In this document: in pieces, positions 54,400 through 62,934 of the stretch
Position numbering within the stretch: position 1 is the stretch's first letter
Layout: each line of letters opens with the position of its first letter
Assembly: GCA_963790775.1 (NCBI GenBank)
Contig: CAWBPR010000012.1
Coordinates: forward strand, 2,763-66,762
Direction of reading: 5' to 3'
DNA length: 64,000 bases
DNA from: an uncultured Gammaproteobacteria bacterium
Lineage (GTDB): Bacteria; Pseudomonadota; Gammaproteobacteria; Chromatiales; Chromatiaceae
Notes under the pieces: generated by a model
What the model was told of the DNA's origin: nothing
What the model saw: the letters and a program-made list of their open reading frames with translations, nothing else
Databases searched by the model: none
Program-made: the position numbers and the translations under genes

Positions 54400-54547
54400 T
54401 GGCTGTCAGCATCCTGGAGGTGGTGAGAAACAACGAGTACCGATGAAGTTGGCGGCATCCGGCTGGAACCTGTATGGGGTGAGTGATCTGGCGATACTCG
54501 ACTTCGTGTTGTTCCAGGTAGGCCTGTAGCGTTTATGAGATAGACAT
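54400..54547 (-). pseudogene. N-terminal remnant of a second YbaK-like gene (paralogue of 48150-48629) with TAA at codon 5
   Basis: The minus strand has GAGAGGGGAA-ATG TCT ATC TCA TAA ACG CTA CAG GCC TAC CTG GAA CAA CAC GAA GTC GAG TAT CGC CAG ATC ACT CAC CC. This translates to MSIS-stop-TLQAYLEQHEVEYRQITHP, versus MSIAKQLQTYLKQHEIKYRLITHP in the intact copy. HTGSS continues in another frame. The 3' limit is approximate. Confidence 0.6.
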
Positions 54548-54642
54548 TTCCCCTCTCACTCTTAGAATGGGTCCTCTCCGACCGGATAGCTGCACCACAT
54601 CGTTCGTTACACGAGTTATTGACCTTAAAAGACTCAAGGCAC

Positions 54643-54891
54643 TCAAAAGCCCACGTTGTGTAAAAAATCGCGCAGGTGATGGATATCCTGCTTGGTCAAC
54701 ACTGAACTGTGGTGGGGTTTGTGAACTGTACCCGCCACACCATGAAGCACGAAGGTCATACGCGCACCGTGTGTCACCTGGAGTTCCGCTCCCAAGGCCT
54801 CCAGCAAGGATTCGACATCTCGCCAGTGGACATTACCACTTGCCGGTTTTTTAAGTATGGCTTCAAGCGTATGTTTCTGTTTGTGATTCAT
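54643..54891 (-). CDS. HicA-like toxin (long-form family), orphan
   Basis: 82 aa. K.KHTLEAILKKPASGNVHWRDVESLLEALGAEL...GARMTFVLHGV....HKPH matches my memory of the K.TLEAIF..P....I.W.DIE.LL..LGA form of HicA. No HicB-like ORF follows. Confidence 0.55.
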   Translation of the reverse strand: MNHKQKHTLEAILKKPASGNVHWRDVESLLEALGAELQVTHGARMTFVLHGVAGTVHKPHHSSVLTKQDIHHLRDFLHNVGF

Positions 54892-55147
54892 CGTATTGAA
54901 CCAGCGATTGAATAGTGTGCGAAATCACCCTCTACCCCGAGGAGAGGGGACAGAGGTAAGGGGATCCGGAATAGTATCTGACTTTTTCGGTCTCCCTCTT
55001 CCCTGTCTTCTCCTGCTTGGAGGAGGCACCCCGCAGTCTATGCTTAGCTTAAGTATCCATTTCCTATGATACTCAATATGATTCGTAGTGAAAGAAGTCA
55101 TAGGTCTGCGGATAGATCCTGTATAGATTGATTCAGATAGTAATCAG

Positions 55148-55765
55148 ATGAGTGGAAAACAGAAAAAACCGATCTGCGCCATCCTGTTCGATTTCGGAGG
55201 CGTCATTGCCGAAGAGGGTTTCCATGAAGGACTCAAGGCTATTGCCAGAGACCAGGGACTGAATCCGCAACGACTGAGACGGCTGGGCATGGAGGCGGTT
55301 TACGATTCGGGCTATGTCATAGGCAGAGGAAGCGAAGAGGACTTCTGGCGCCTGCTGCGCAAGAGATCGGGGATAGCGGGGAGTGACGCCTCACTCCGGC
55401 ATGAGCTACTTTCACGTTTTACGGTCCGAACCTGGGCGATCGAACTGGTAAGGCAGCTGCGTGGAAGAGGCTACCAGACGGCCTTACTGAGCGATCAGAC
55501 CAACTGGCTGGAAGAACTGGATAGCCGGCAAGGTTTTCTGAAGGAGTTCGACAGGGTATTCGTCAGCTACCGACTCGGTAAAGGCAAACGGGACGCCACT
55601 CTCTTCGATGTGGTGATGGAGAGTCTCGGGCTGAAAGCAGAACAGGCGATCTTTATCGATGACGCCCCGGAGAACATCGAAACGGCCAACAGCCGTGGGC
55701 TGAGGGGGCTGCTTTTCACTGACCGCACAACCTTGGAGACGACCCTGTGGTCATTGCTGGGATAG
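55148..55765 (+). CDS. HAD-superfamily hydrolase
   Basis: 205 aa. Motif I is AILFDFGGV, motif II is LLSDQTN, and motifs III/IV are K..D...FIDDAPENI. Confidence 0.8.
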   Translation: MSGKQKKPICAILFDFGGVIAEEGFHEGLKAIARDQGLNPQRLRRLGMEAVYDSGYVIGRGSEEDFWRLLRKRSGIAGSDASLRHELLSRFTVRTWAIELVRQLRGRGYQTALLSDQTNWLEELDSRQGFLKEFDRVFVSYRLGKGKRDATLFDVVMESLGLKAEQAIFIDDAPENIETANSRGLRGLLFTDRTTLETTLWSLLG

Positions 55766-55793
55766 ACAACGGATTACCCCCACAGACACGCCA

Positions 55794-56628
55794 ATGACAG
55801 ATATTGAGTGCGTACAATTTCTCCAATGGGTCCTACCGCAACTGCAATTGCGGTGGCTGGGATTTCGGAAGGTGCACAAACAGGTCTGCAAACGCATTGC
55901 CAGACGCATTGGGGAGTTGGGTCTGCCCAGCCTTCAGGCCTACCGGTACCACCTCCGGGACAACCGGGATGAGTGGCGGGCGGATGCTGGATGGCCTCTG
56001 CCGCGTCAGTGTTTCCCGCTTCTACCGTGACAAGCGGGTATTCGGCATGTTGGAGGAGGAGTTCTTACCCTCTCTGGCACAACAGGTGCTGAAACAGGGC
56101 GGTACTAAACTGAGGGTATGGAGTGCAGGCTGCGCCTCGGGCGAAGAGCCCTATACCCTGGCACTACTCTGGGCTTTTACCCTAAGTGCCCGGTTTCCTA
56201 ATCTCAGGCTGCATATCCTGGCGACAGACGCTGACCCGGATCTGTTAACGCGGGCCAAAGCGGCCTGTTATGCCTACGGGAGTGTCAAGAATCTGCCTGA
56301 GGGCTGGCGGGACCGTGCGTTTTCTCATATAGATGACCGCTATTGCCTCCACCGGCCATTCGCCAGGCCAGTGAAATTCAGCCAGCAGGATGTGCGAGAT
56401 ACCATCCCAGACGGCCCCTTTCATCTCGTACTGTGCCGCAATCTCGTTTTCACCTATTTCGAGACTGGGTTGCAACAGGCTTTTCTGAACAGGCTTGAAC
56501 ATGCCATGCACCCTTCCGGGGTTTTATTGCTGGGCGTCCATGAGTCCCTGCCTGAATCCAGGCAGGGCTTTGCCGCCTCTTCAGACCGCTGGGTTTTCTA
56601 TGAGTTACAACCATCGGAAACAGTCTGA
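55794..56628 (+). pseudogene. CheR-type SAM-dependent methyltransferase, frameshifted near 55975-55985
   Basis: The N-terminal helical domain (ORF 55794-56030: ..KRIARRIGELGLPSLQAYRYHLRDNRDEW) and the body (ORF from 55804: MLDGLCRVSVSRFYRDKRVF..VWSAGCASGEEPYTLA..ILATDADP..) lie in frames offset by 1. The join is in the GGCGGGCGG run. Confidence 0.7.
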
Positions 56629-56822
56629 TCATGCCCGCCATGAAGCTGAAACGAGCCGCAATCGAAGTAAAATTTGCAGAAGAGATCCGCCGATTGTACG
56701 CAGAGCATGCCGCTGTGTCCTGAATATGATCAGCTCGAAAGCGCCGGGTGAACTAACATGAATCGTGGTATTGTGTAAGCGCCTGCAATGAGCAAAATCG
56801 TGACTGTTATCACACCGCTGGA

Positions 56823-57491
56823 ATGAGCAAGATTCGTCTCTGGATCCTATTCCTCGCGGCCGTTTGCTGCGCCTGTGCGGCACCGGTCAGAGATGCGCCT
56901 GCGCCGAGCGAAAGCGGGCCGCGCAGAACGATCTATCTGGTGAGCCACGGCTGGCATGCCGGGATCGTGCTGCGGCGCTCCGAGATTCCTGAAAGCATCT
57001 GGCCAGCACCTGGGGATTTTTCCGATGTGCAATATCTAGAGGTAGGCTGGGGAGACATGGATTACTACCAAACACCGGACCCCCACATGGGACTCATCCT
57101 CAAGGCGGCCCTGTTGCCTACCGCCAGTGTCCTGCACATTGTTGGTTTCAGCGGCTCAGTGCCGGCCTATTTCCCCTACAGCGAGACCATCAGGATCGAA
57201 TTGTCCTTTGCCGGTTTTGAACAACTCACACGCACTATTACGGCAAGTTTCGCCAGGGACGAGGCCGGCACCACCACCTCACTGGGTCACGGTCTCTACG
57301 GAAACAGCCGCTTCTACCTATCCAGAGAGATCTACCATCTGTTCAACACCTGTAATGTCTGGACTGCACGGGCGCTGCGCACTGCCGGTCTTCCAATCAC
57401 CCCGGCGCGCGCCATTAGCGTGGAAAGTCTCATGTCCCAGGTACGTATATTTGGAATAGTGGTGCAATCTGGGCCGGAACCTTCGGAGTGA
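56823..57491 (+). CDS. TIGR02117/DUF2459-family lipoprotein
   Basis: 222 aa with the lipobox-like segment LFLAAVCCAC. Motifs present are IYLVSHGWHAGIVL, EVGWGD and FNTCNVWTARALRTAGLPI. Confidence 0.7.
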   Translation: MSKIRLWILFLAAVCCACAAPVRDAPAPSESGPRRTIYLVSHGWHAGIVLRRSEIPESIWPAPGDFSDVQYLEVGWGDMDYYQTPDPHMGLILKAALLPTASVLHIVGFSGSVPAYFPYSETIRIELSFAGFEQLTRTITASFARDEAGTTTSLGHGLYGNSRFYLSREIYHLFNTCNVWTARALRTAGLPITPARAISVESLMSQVRIFGIVVQSGPEPSE

Positions 57492-57560
57492 TGCGTCAGG
57501 GGATTCATAATTGACCGAACATCAAGATAAGGCCGCAAACTGCGGCCATGGGAGAAAAAA

Positions 57561-58499
57561 ATGAAACAGTTCAGAAAAATCCTCCTGGTACTGGACCCCG
57601 AGGCGCCACAGCAACCGGCCCTGGAGCGGGCTGCCGAGCTGGCGCGCCTGCACGGGGCCAGACTGCACGTATTGGTGGTCCTCGAGGACCTGCCACTGGA
57701 GTTGGAAATACTCTTGTCGACCCCACATCCCGGGGAACTCCGGGAGAGGATCGAGCATCAGCACCGTACTCGCGTCGAGAAATGGCTGGCTCCGCTTCGT
57801 GAGCAGGGTATCGACCTGCATCTCGACATACAGTGGCATCGTGTCGCTTTTCTGGCAATTATCCGCGAGGTGCTCCGGCATAGCCACGATCTGCTCATCA
57901 AAACCACTGAAGGCGTAACCGGCGCCGGGGTCGTCCTGTTCCACCCCACCGACCGTCATCTGATGCGCAAATGCCCCTGCCCGGTCTGGATGGTCAAACC
58001 GGAGCCGCACCCTGCGTATAAACGCATCCTGGCCGCGGTGAATCCGTTTCCGGATGAGCCGGCAAATCACACATTCAACGCACGCATTCTGGAGCTTGCC
58101 GCCGCGATAGCAACACTCGACGGGGCGGAACTCCATGTCGTGCATGCCCACCAGGAATATAATGCCATTACCCTGGAACACCTCGGTGTCGACGTGGACG
58201 CCATCGAAGAGCGGAGCCTGGCGCTGCACCGGCAAGGCCTGGATCGGTTGCTGGCGAACCTATCGGTGGCGGAAACACGGCCCCACCTGGTGCTGGGCCC
58301 TCCCAAAGAAGTGATCTTACAGCTTGCCTCTCGCGAGGGCATCGAGTTGATCGTGATGGGTACGGTTGCGCGCACCGGTATCCCGGGACTGTTGATCGGC
58401 AATACGGCCGAGAAGATTCTGGATGGCGTCGAGTGTGATGTCCTCGCCATAAAACCTGCGGGATTCGTCACCCCGGTCACGCTCACTCATTCGGAGTAG
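57561..58499 (+). CDS. tandem universal stress protein (UspE-like)
   Basis: 312 aa with two USP domains (ILLVLDPE..; ILAAVNP..ELIVMGTVARTGIPGLLIGNTAEKILDGVECDVLAIKP). Confidence 0.85.
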   Translation: MKQFRKILLVLDPEAPQQPALERAAELARLHGARLHVLVVLEDLPLELEILLSTPHPGELRERIEHQHRTRVEKWLAPLREQGIDLHLDIQWHRVAFLAIIREVLRHSHDLLIKTTEGVTGAGVVLFHPTDRHLMRKCPCPVWMVKPEPHPAYKRILAAVNPFPDEPANHTFNARILELAAAIATLDGAELHVVHAHQEYNAITLEHLGVDVDAIEERSLALHRQGLDRLLANLSVAETRPHLVLGPPKEVILQLASREGIELIVMGTVARTGIPGLLIGNTAEKILDGVECDVLAIKPAGFVTPVTLTHSE

Positions 58500-58598
58500 C
58501 GTCTGCGTCATGGGTAAATGCTAATTGGAATCGAGGATGGACAACAGGTACGCCGCCAACCTTGCTTTGACGGAGTATCAGACAGCCTGAAAAACCGA

Positions 58599-59411
58599 AT
58601 GATAAAAATCATCCTGCTCCTGCTGCTTGGGCTAGCCCTGTTGAATGGTTGTACGTATCTGCAACAGCCCTCCTTGATCTTTTTCCCTTATGCAACGCTT
58701 GGCCAAACACCTGAGGAGTGGGGACTTGCATATGAGGATGTCTTTCTGGATACCGAAGATGGCGTGCGCCTGCATGGCTGGTACATCCCACGTCAGGGAG
58801 CGAAGCAGACCCTGCTCTTTTTTCATGGTAATGCGGGCAATATCTCCCATCGCGGCGCCTCCGTGGAGATCTTTCACCGGCTTGGCCTGAATATCTTTAT
58901 CTTCGACTACCGGGGTTACGGTAAAAGCCAGGGCAAACCTGATGAGAATGGACTCTATCAAGACGCCAGGGCGGCCTGGCGCTATCTGACCGATGAGCAA
59001 GGGTTCGATCAGCAAGATATCATCCTGTTCGGTCGCTCGCTTGGCGGCGCAGTGGCGGCAGAACTGGCGGCGGAGAATCAGCCGGGAGGACTGATACTCG
59101 AGTCCACATTCAGCTCCGCAAGGGATGTGGCCAAAACGGTTTTTCCTATTCTTTCCCGATTGATTTTTCTGCGTTACGATTTCGATACTGAAGCCTATGT
59201 CAGGCGGGTGTCGTGTCCGGTGTTAGTGCTGCACAGTCCGGATGATGAGATCATTCCATTCAGTCTTGGAGAGAAGGTATTTCAGGCGGCCAATGAGCCA
59301 AAATCCTTCGTGAAGATGAGCGGCGACCACAATAGCGGGTTTCTTATGAGCCAGCCGGACTACGAGCTGGCGCTTGACGCGTTTGTCTCTGCTGCGAAAT
59401 GGGAAAGGTAA
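58599..59411 (+). CDS. alpha/beta hydrolase (lipoprotein-type signal)
   Basis: The start is trimmed to MIKIILLLLLGLALLNGC. Motifs present are FFHGNAGN, the nucleophile elbow GRSLGG, and HSPDDEIIPF..GDHN. Confidence 0.85.
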   Translation: MIKIILLLLLGLALLNGCTYLQQPSLIFFPYATLGQTPEEWGLAYEDVFLDTEDGVRLHGWYIPRQGAKQTLLFFHGNAGNISHRGASVEIFHRLGLNIFIFDYRGYGKSQGKPDENGLYQDARAAWRYLTDEQGFDQQDIILFGRSLGGAVAAELAAENQPGGLILESTFSSARDVAKTVFPILSRLIFLRYDFDTEAYVRRVSCPVLVLHSPDDEIIPFSLGEKVFQAANEPKSFVKMSGDHNSGFLMSQPDYELALDAFVSAAKWER

Positions 59412-59460
59412 ACTGAACCTCAATCTACCGGAAAACGAAGCCCCCTTTAGTGACCTCCAG

Positions 59461-60180
59461 CTATCCGATCATGTCTCCCTGCGCATAGGTTTCAAGCACC
59501 CTTTCTGGGAAGTCTGTAAATACACCGTCGACGCCGAGTTTATGCATTTTATCTATGTCCTCTGGGTAGTTTACGGTATAAACATAGACCTGCAAGCCTC
59601 TGGTATGCGCATCATCAACAAACCGCTGATCTACAAAATCCAAGGATGGGTGCACCGAAAAAGCGCCGAGGTCTTCAGCAAACTTCGCATCATCAACAAG
59701 AAGCCCATGGATCAGCGCTCCAAGTTTTATATCTTGATTCAATCGTTTCATTTCCAATAACTCCCGATGATTAAGCGAAGACACTAAAACCGCTTCTTTA
59801 TCCCATCCTCTCTTGAGGAGATTTGATATCAACTCGGAAACAGGAGCAGCAGTATTTGGCCCCCTAAGATCAATATTGAGACAGGCTTGAGAATCAATCA
59901 CCTCACAGACCTCCTCAAGAGTCGGAATGCGCTGACCATCGCCGGCATCTAGCGATCGTAAATACTCAAAAGATTGCTCGCTCAAATAACCAACTCCATT
60001 GGTTGTCCTCTCAAGCCGATTATCATGAAACACGACTAGTTGTCCATCCACGTAGTGGACATCTACTTCCACATACGGGGCTCCCAACACAAGCGCTTTA
60101 CGGACCGAACTCAATGTGTTCTCTGGCTCATGTCCCATCGCACCGCGATGGCCTATACAGAGTAAGTGAGGTCTTTGCAT
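59461..60180 (-). CDS. glycerophosphodiester phosphodiesterase (GDPD family)
   Basis: 239 aa. Motifs present are IGHRGAMGHEPENTL, YVEVDVH, VFHD and GVDGVFTDFPE. Confidence 0.88.
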   Translation of the reverse strand: MQRPHLLCIGHRGAMGHEPENTLSSVRKALVLGAPYVEVDVHYVDGQLVVFHDNRLERTTNGVGYLSEQSFEYLRSLDAGDGQRIPTLEEVCEVIDSQACLNIDLRGPNTAAPVSELISNLLKRGWDKEAVLVSSLNHRELLEMKRLNQDIKLGALIHGLLVDDAKFAEDLGAFSVHPSLDFVDQRFVDDAHTRGLQVYVYTVNYPEDIDKMHKLGVDGVFTDFPERVLETYAQGDMIG

Positions 60181-60291
60181 GATAAAGTTATAGCTAGATT
60201 AAAAGGGCTAGGGTCGAATTAATTACCGGTCATATAATAGATTATTCACCTTGTCACATGTTTTTCATATTAAATACGACCTTGGCCCCTT

Positions 60292-61089
60292 TTGGCCTTA
60301 GTAAACTGTCAGCATAATCTCCTACAGATTGCCGTGGGTCGCAAGGTGCGCGAGAGAATTTTATCGGCATTAGCCAAGGCCACAGATGTAGTATTCAGCC
60401 ACTTTCACGGCGATCACGTGCCAATCTTGGATGCGAATCCTTATCAGCTGCCATTTCGGGCGCTTCCCTCCTGTTTTCGACAATTGCACTGTTGGAGCAA
60501 ATCCGCTGATGGACTCTCCGCAGAAATGAGTAAGCGATATCACGGCTTGACGGATCTGATGGGTGAAAACCTGCAGATAGCGGAAGAGCGATCAGAGGGG
60601 CCATTATCATTCTCCACAGCAGTGCCCCATGGCGCACTAAACAGCAGTTTGGTTACTGTGATGATGACGCGAGTGGAGATAGGCAATCAGATATTCGTAC
60701 ATGCCTCAGACATTCAACTCCTCGACGATCAAACTGTCGATAAAATCATCGACTGGCGGCCTGATATCGTGCTTGCTGCGGGTCCGCCCCTCTATCTCAA
60801 CCGGCTAAAAAATACCGAGCGAGAAAAGGCCTGGAACAATGCACTACGTCTCGCCCAACAGATTGATGTTGTAATACTTGATCATCACTTGATGCGTAGC
60901 GAGGAAGGTGCCGACTGGTTGGATACACTTACCGAAACTGTTGGTAAAAAGGTCTATTGCGCGGCGGATTACATGGATCTTCCACGGCGGTTACTGGAGG
61001 CGAATAGAAAGCAATTGTATGCACAGATGCCCGTTCCGGAGGGTTGGCATGATGATTATGCTAAAGGAAAGGTAAACACCGAGCCGTAA
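60292..61089 (+). CDS. hypothetical protein with an MBL-like HFHGDH motif; the TTG start and short N-terminus suggest possible 5' truncation
   Basis: 265 aa. Only about 36 aa precede HFHGDH, whereas MBL folds normally have about 60. No clear SD sequence. Confidence 0.45.
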   Translation: MALVNCQHNLLQIAVGRKVRERILSALAKATDVVFSHFHGDHVPILDANPYQLPFRALPSCFRQLHCWSKSADGLSAEMSKRYHGLTDLMGENLQIAEERSEGPLSFSTAVPHGALNSSLVTVMMTRVEIGNQIFVHASDIQLLDDQTVDKIIDWRPDIVLAAGPPLYLNRLKNTEREKAWNNALRLAQQIDVVILDHHLMRSEEGADWLDTLTETVGKKVYCAADYMDLPRRLLEANRKQLYAQMPVPEGWHDDYAKGKVNTEP

Positions 61090-61127
61090 CTAGGACAGGC
61101 AAAACAGAGTTAACACCATTATTTTTC

Positions 61128-61964
61128 TCAGCCAGACAATTCAATCACAGCACCCAGGCCACCCTCGATGTAATCTTCACCCCATTGCTCGCGAAACAAG
61201 CGGATTGCCTTGTCTCCCGTACAATGGCTTGGCGCGACCTTTTTAACGCCCAGCGCTTTCAGACGCTGGATGATCGCACGGATCTCAGCCTCACTCCTAC
61301 CTCCCAGGTGAAAGCCTCCCATCAGCAGATAGATCGGCCTGCCAAGATAGGTCTCAGCTCGCTCGGCCATATCGGCGATATTGGGATGCGCACAGCCCGT
61401 GATGACAATGAGCCCCTGTGGCGTGTCCACAATCAAGCCCTGCTCCTTTGTGTCCCATCCCATCTCTCCCGTTGAATACAGACCATCCATTAGTTTAGTC
61501 GAACCGGAAACGGCTTCAATCATCGCCCCGAGCCGAACGACTTCTTGCTTGAACGATGCCGGGAATGATTCAGGCATATACACAGTGACGTCAGGATTGT
61601 GCCTCAAGAAGGCACCTAGCCCACCGGTGTGATCATTGTGGATATGCGAAAGCACCACCGCATCGATTTTTCTAGCATCAAGCTGCATGCGCCGCATATT
61701 CGACAGCAAAACAGCGCCATTGCCGCCCGTATCGAACAGGACAGTCTTGTTCTGCCCCTCGAGCAGACAGGAAAAACCCCAGCCGGTGCCCAGACCCGCT
61801 TTATAGGGCAGGTTATTGAAAACGACATGGATACGTAGTTGACTCTGTACTGCCTTCTCCTTTCCATCCATCGACATACCGACTGGTGATAGAGACAGCA
61901 CGCACACAAAGAAGATGCCAAGGACTGTGTTTTTGTACGAATAGAGAGGCGTCACCAGTAGCAC
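61128..61964 (-). CDS. MBL-fold metallo-hydrolase with signal peptide
   Basis: 278 aa with a hydrophobic N-terminus. Motifs present are VVLSHIHNDHTGGL, ITGCAH and PSHCTG. Confidence 0.8.
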   Translation of the reverse strand: MLLVTPLYSYKNTVLGIFFVCVLSLSPVGMSMDGKEKAVQSQLRIHVVFNNLPYKAGLGTGWGFSCLLEGQNKTVLFDTGGNGAVLLSNMRRMQLDARKIDAVVLSHIHNDHTGGLGAFLRHNPDVTVYMPESFPASFKQEVVRLGAMIEAVSGSTKLMDGLYSTGEMGWDTKEQGLIVDTPQGLIVITGCAHPNIADMAERAETYLGRPIYLLMGGFHLGGRSEAEIRAIIQRLKALGVKKVAPSHCTGDKAIRLFREQWGEDYIEGGLGAVIELSG

Positions 61965-61967
61965 CCA

Positions 61968-62249
61968 CTAATTTTCCTCGGGTGGCACTAAAGTGGCGAC
62001 CAGCTTTTCCGTGATAGCTGCAAATAACCTTGCGGTATCAGAATCACTGGAATCGACCATCAAGGGCACCCCTTTGTCACCACACTTACGCAGCTCTATA
62101 TCGATAGGCAGTGTGCCCAGCAGAGGTAAACCCATTTCATGGCAAAGTGCCTCGCCACCTCCTTTACCGAAGATCTCGATCCTATCATCAGAGTGTTCAC
62201 TGCAGAAATAGGACCATCTGTTGCTCTTATGCAAAATGTGCCATCTCAT
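61968..62249 (-). pseudogene. C-terminal fragment of an Mrp/ApbC (NBP35) Fe-S carrier ATPase
   Basis: SYFCSEHSDDRIEIFGKGGGEALCHEMGLPLLGTLPIDIELRKCGDKGVPLMV aligns with the ApbC C-terminus (..ENMS.F.C..CG....IFG.GG......G...LG.IPL...IR...D.G.P.V). The P-loop half is missing and the CxxC is degraded to CSEH. Confidence 0.65.
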
Positions 62250-62258
62250 GTTGGCTAT

Positions 62259-62597
62259 TTAGTCCATAGACGATGATCGCGAGCGGTAGAACCCCCAGCG
62301 AGCTGAACAAGCAACAAAGCCATGTTCAGCCTCGGGAATCTGCTCATGTACACCCAGTAACAGTATGCCCTCAGGAGGTATGACCTGTTGCAGATTGCCC
62401 AGGAAGGCAAGCTGTAATCCGATATCGAAATAGGTGAAGACCAGATTACGGCACAACACCAGATGAAAGGGGCCCTCTGGGGTACCAGAGCGTACATCAT
62501 GCTGGCGAAACTCCACCCGGGTACGAAATCTGCGCTGCAGGCAATAGTGACCATTGGCCTGAAGGAATGCCTGTTTACGCCAGACTTCCGTACCCGG
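62259..62597 (-). pseudogene. 3' fragment of a second CheR-type methyltransferase (paralogue of 55794-56628)
   Basis: PGTEVWRKQAFLQANGHYCLQRRFRTRVEFRQHDVRSGTPEGPFHLVLCRNLVFTYFDIGLQLAFL..GILLLGVHEQIPE.. parallels LPEGWRDRAFSHIDDRYCLHRPFARPVKFSQQDVRDTIPDGPFHLVLCRNLVFTYFETGLQQAFL... A stop lies immediately upstream and there is no N-terminal half. Confidence 0.7.
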
Positions 62598-62610
62598 TCA
62601 TTCTAGGCCG

Positions 62611-62934
62611 TCATTTACCCGTTTTGTCATCGGTGGTAATCAAAAAGCTCTCCTGCACCATCACGTCTGCGTCTTTTACCAGGGAGAGTAGCTGTGGCGC
62701 CACATTCCAGCGTTCGTTATTTTCAGTCACGATCCCGACCGTTTTCTTATTGAACTTGATCAGTGTGCCAAAGATGCGGCCTTCAGTGGTCTCGAAGCTG
62801 ACTTTTGAGCCAATGTTAAAGCGCATCATGCTTTGATGAGCTTTCATGTCCCGCAGAAACTTAAGCCTTTCGACGATCCGATGATTAAGATCACGCAGCT
62901 CTTGTTCGCTCAGTTGGTCGATATCAATGGGCAT
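62611..62934 (-). CDS. hypothetical protein translationally coupled to the IS66 transposase
   Basis: 107 aa. Its ATG overlaps the transposase TGA (TGATG). No family recognised. It may be an accessory ORF of the IS. Confidence 0.45.
   Translation of the reverse strand: MPIDIDQLSEQELRDLNHRIVERLKFLRDMKAHQSMMRFNIGSKVSFETTEGRIFGTLIKFNKKTVGIVTENNERWNVAPQLLSLVKDADVMVQESFLITTDDKTGK

Noticed and set aside
54939-55013. An imperfect purine-rich palindrome (GAGGAGAGGGGACAGAGGTAAGGGGA ... TCTCCCTCTTCCCTGTCTTCTCC) in the divergent intergenic region between the HicA-like and HAD genes.
   Set aside because: The pairing is interrupted by several mismatches, it is a single occurrence in the window, and no function is assignable. 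It could be a REP-like element if more copies exist in the genome.
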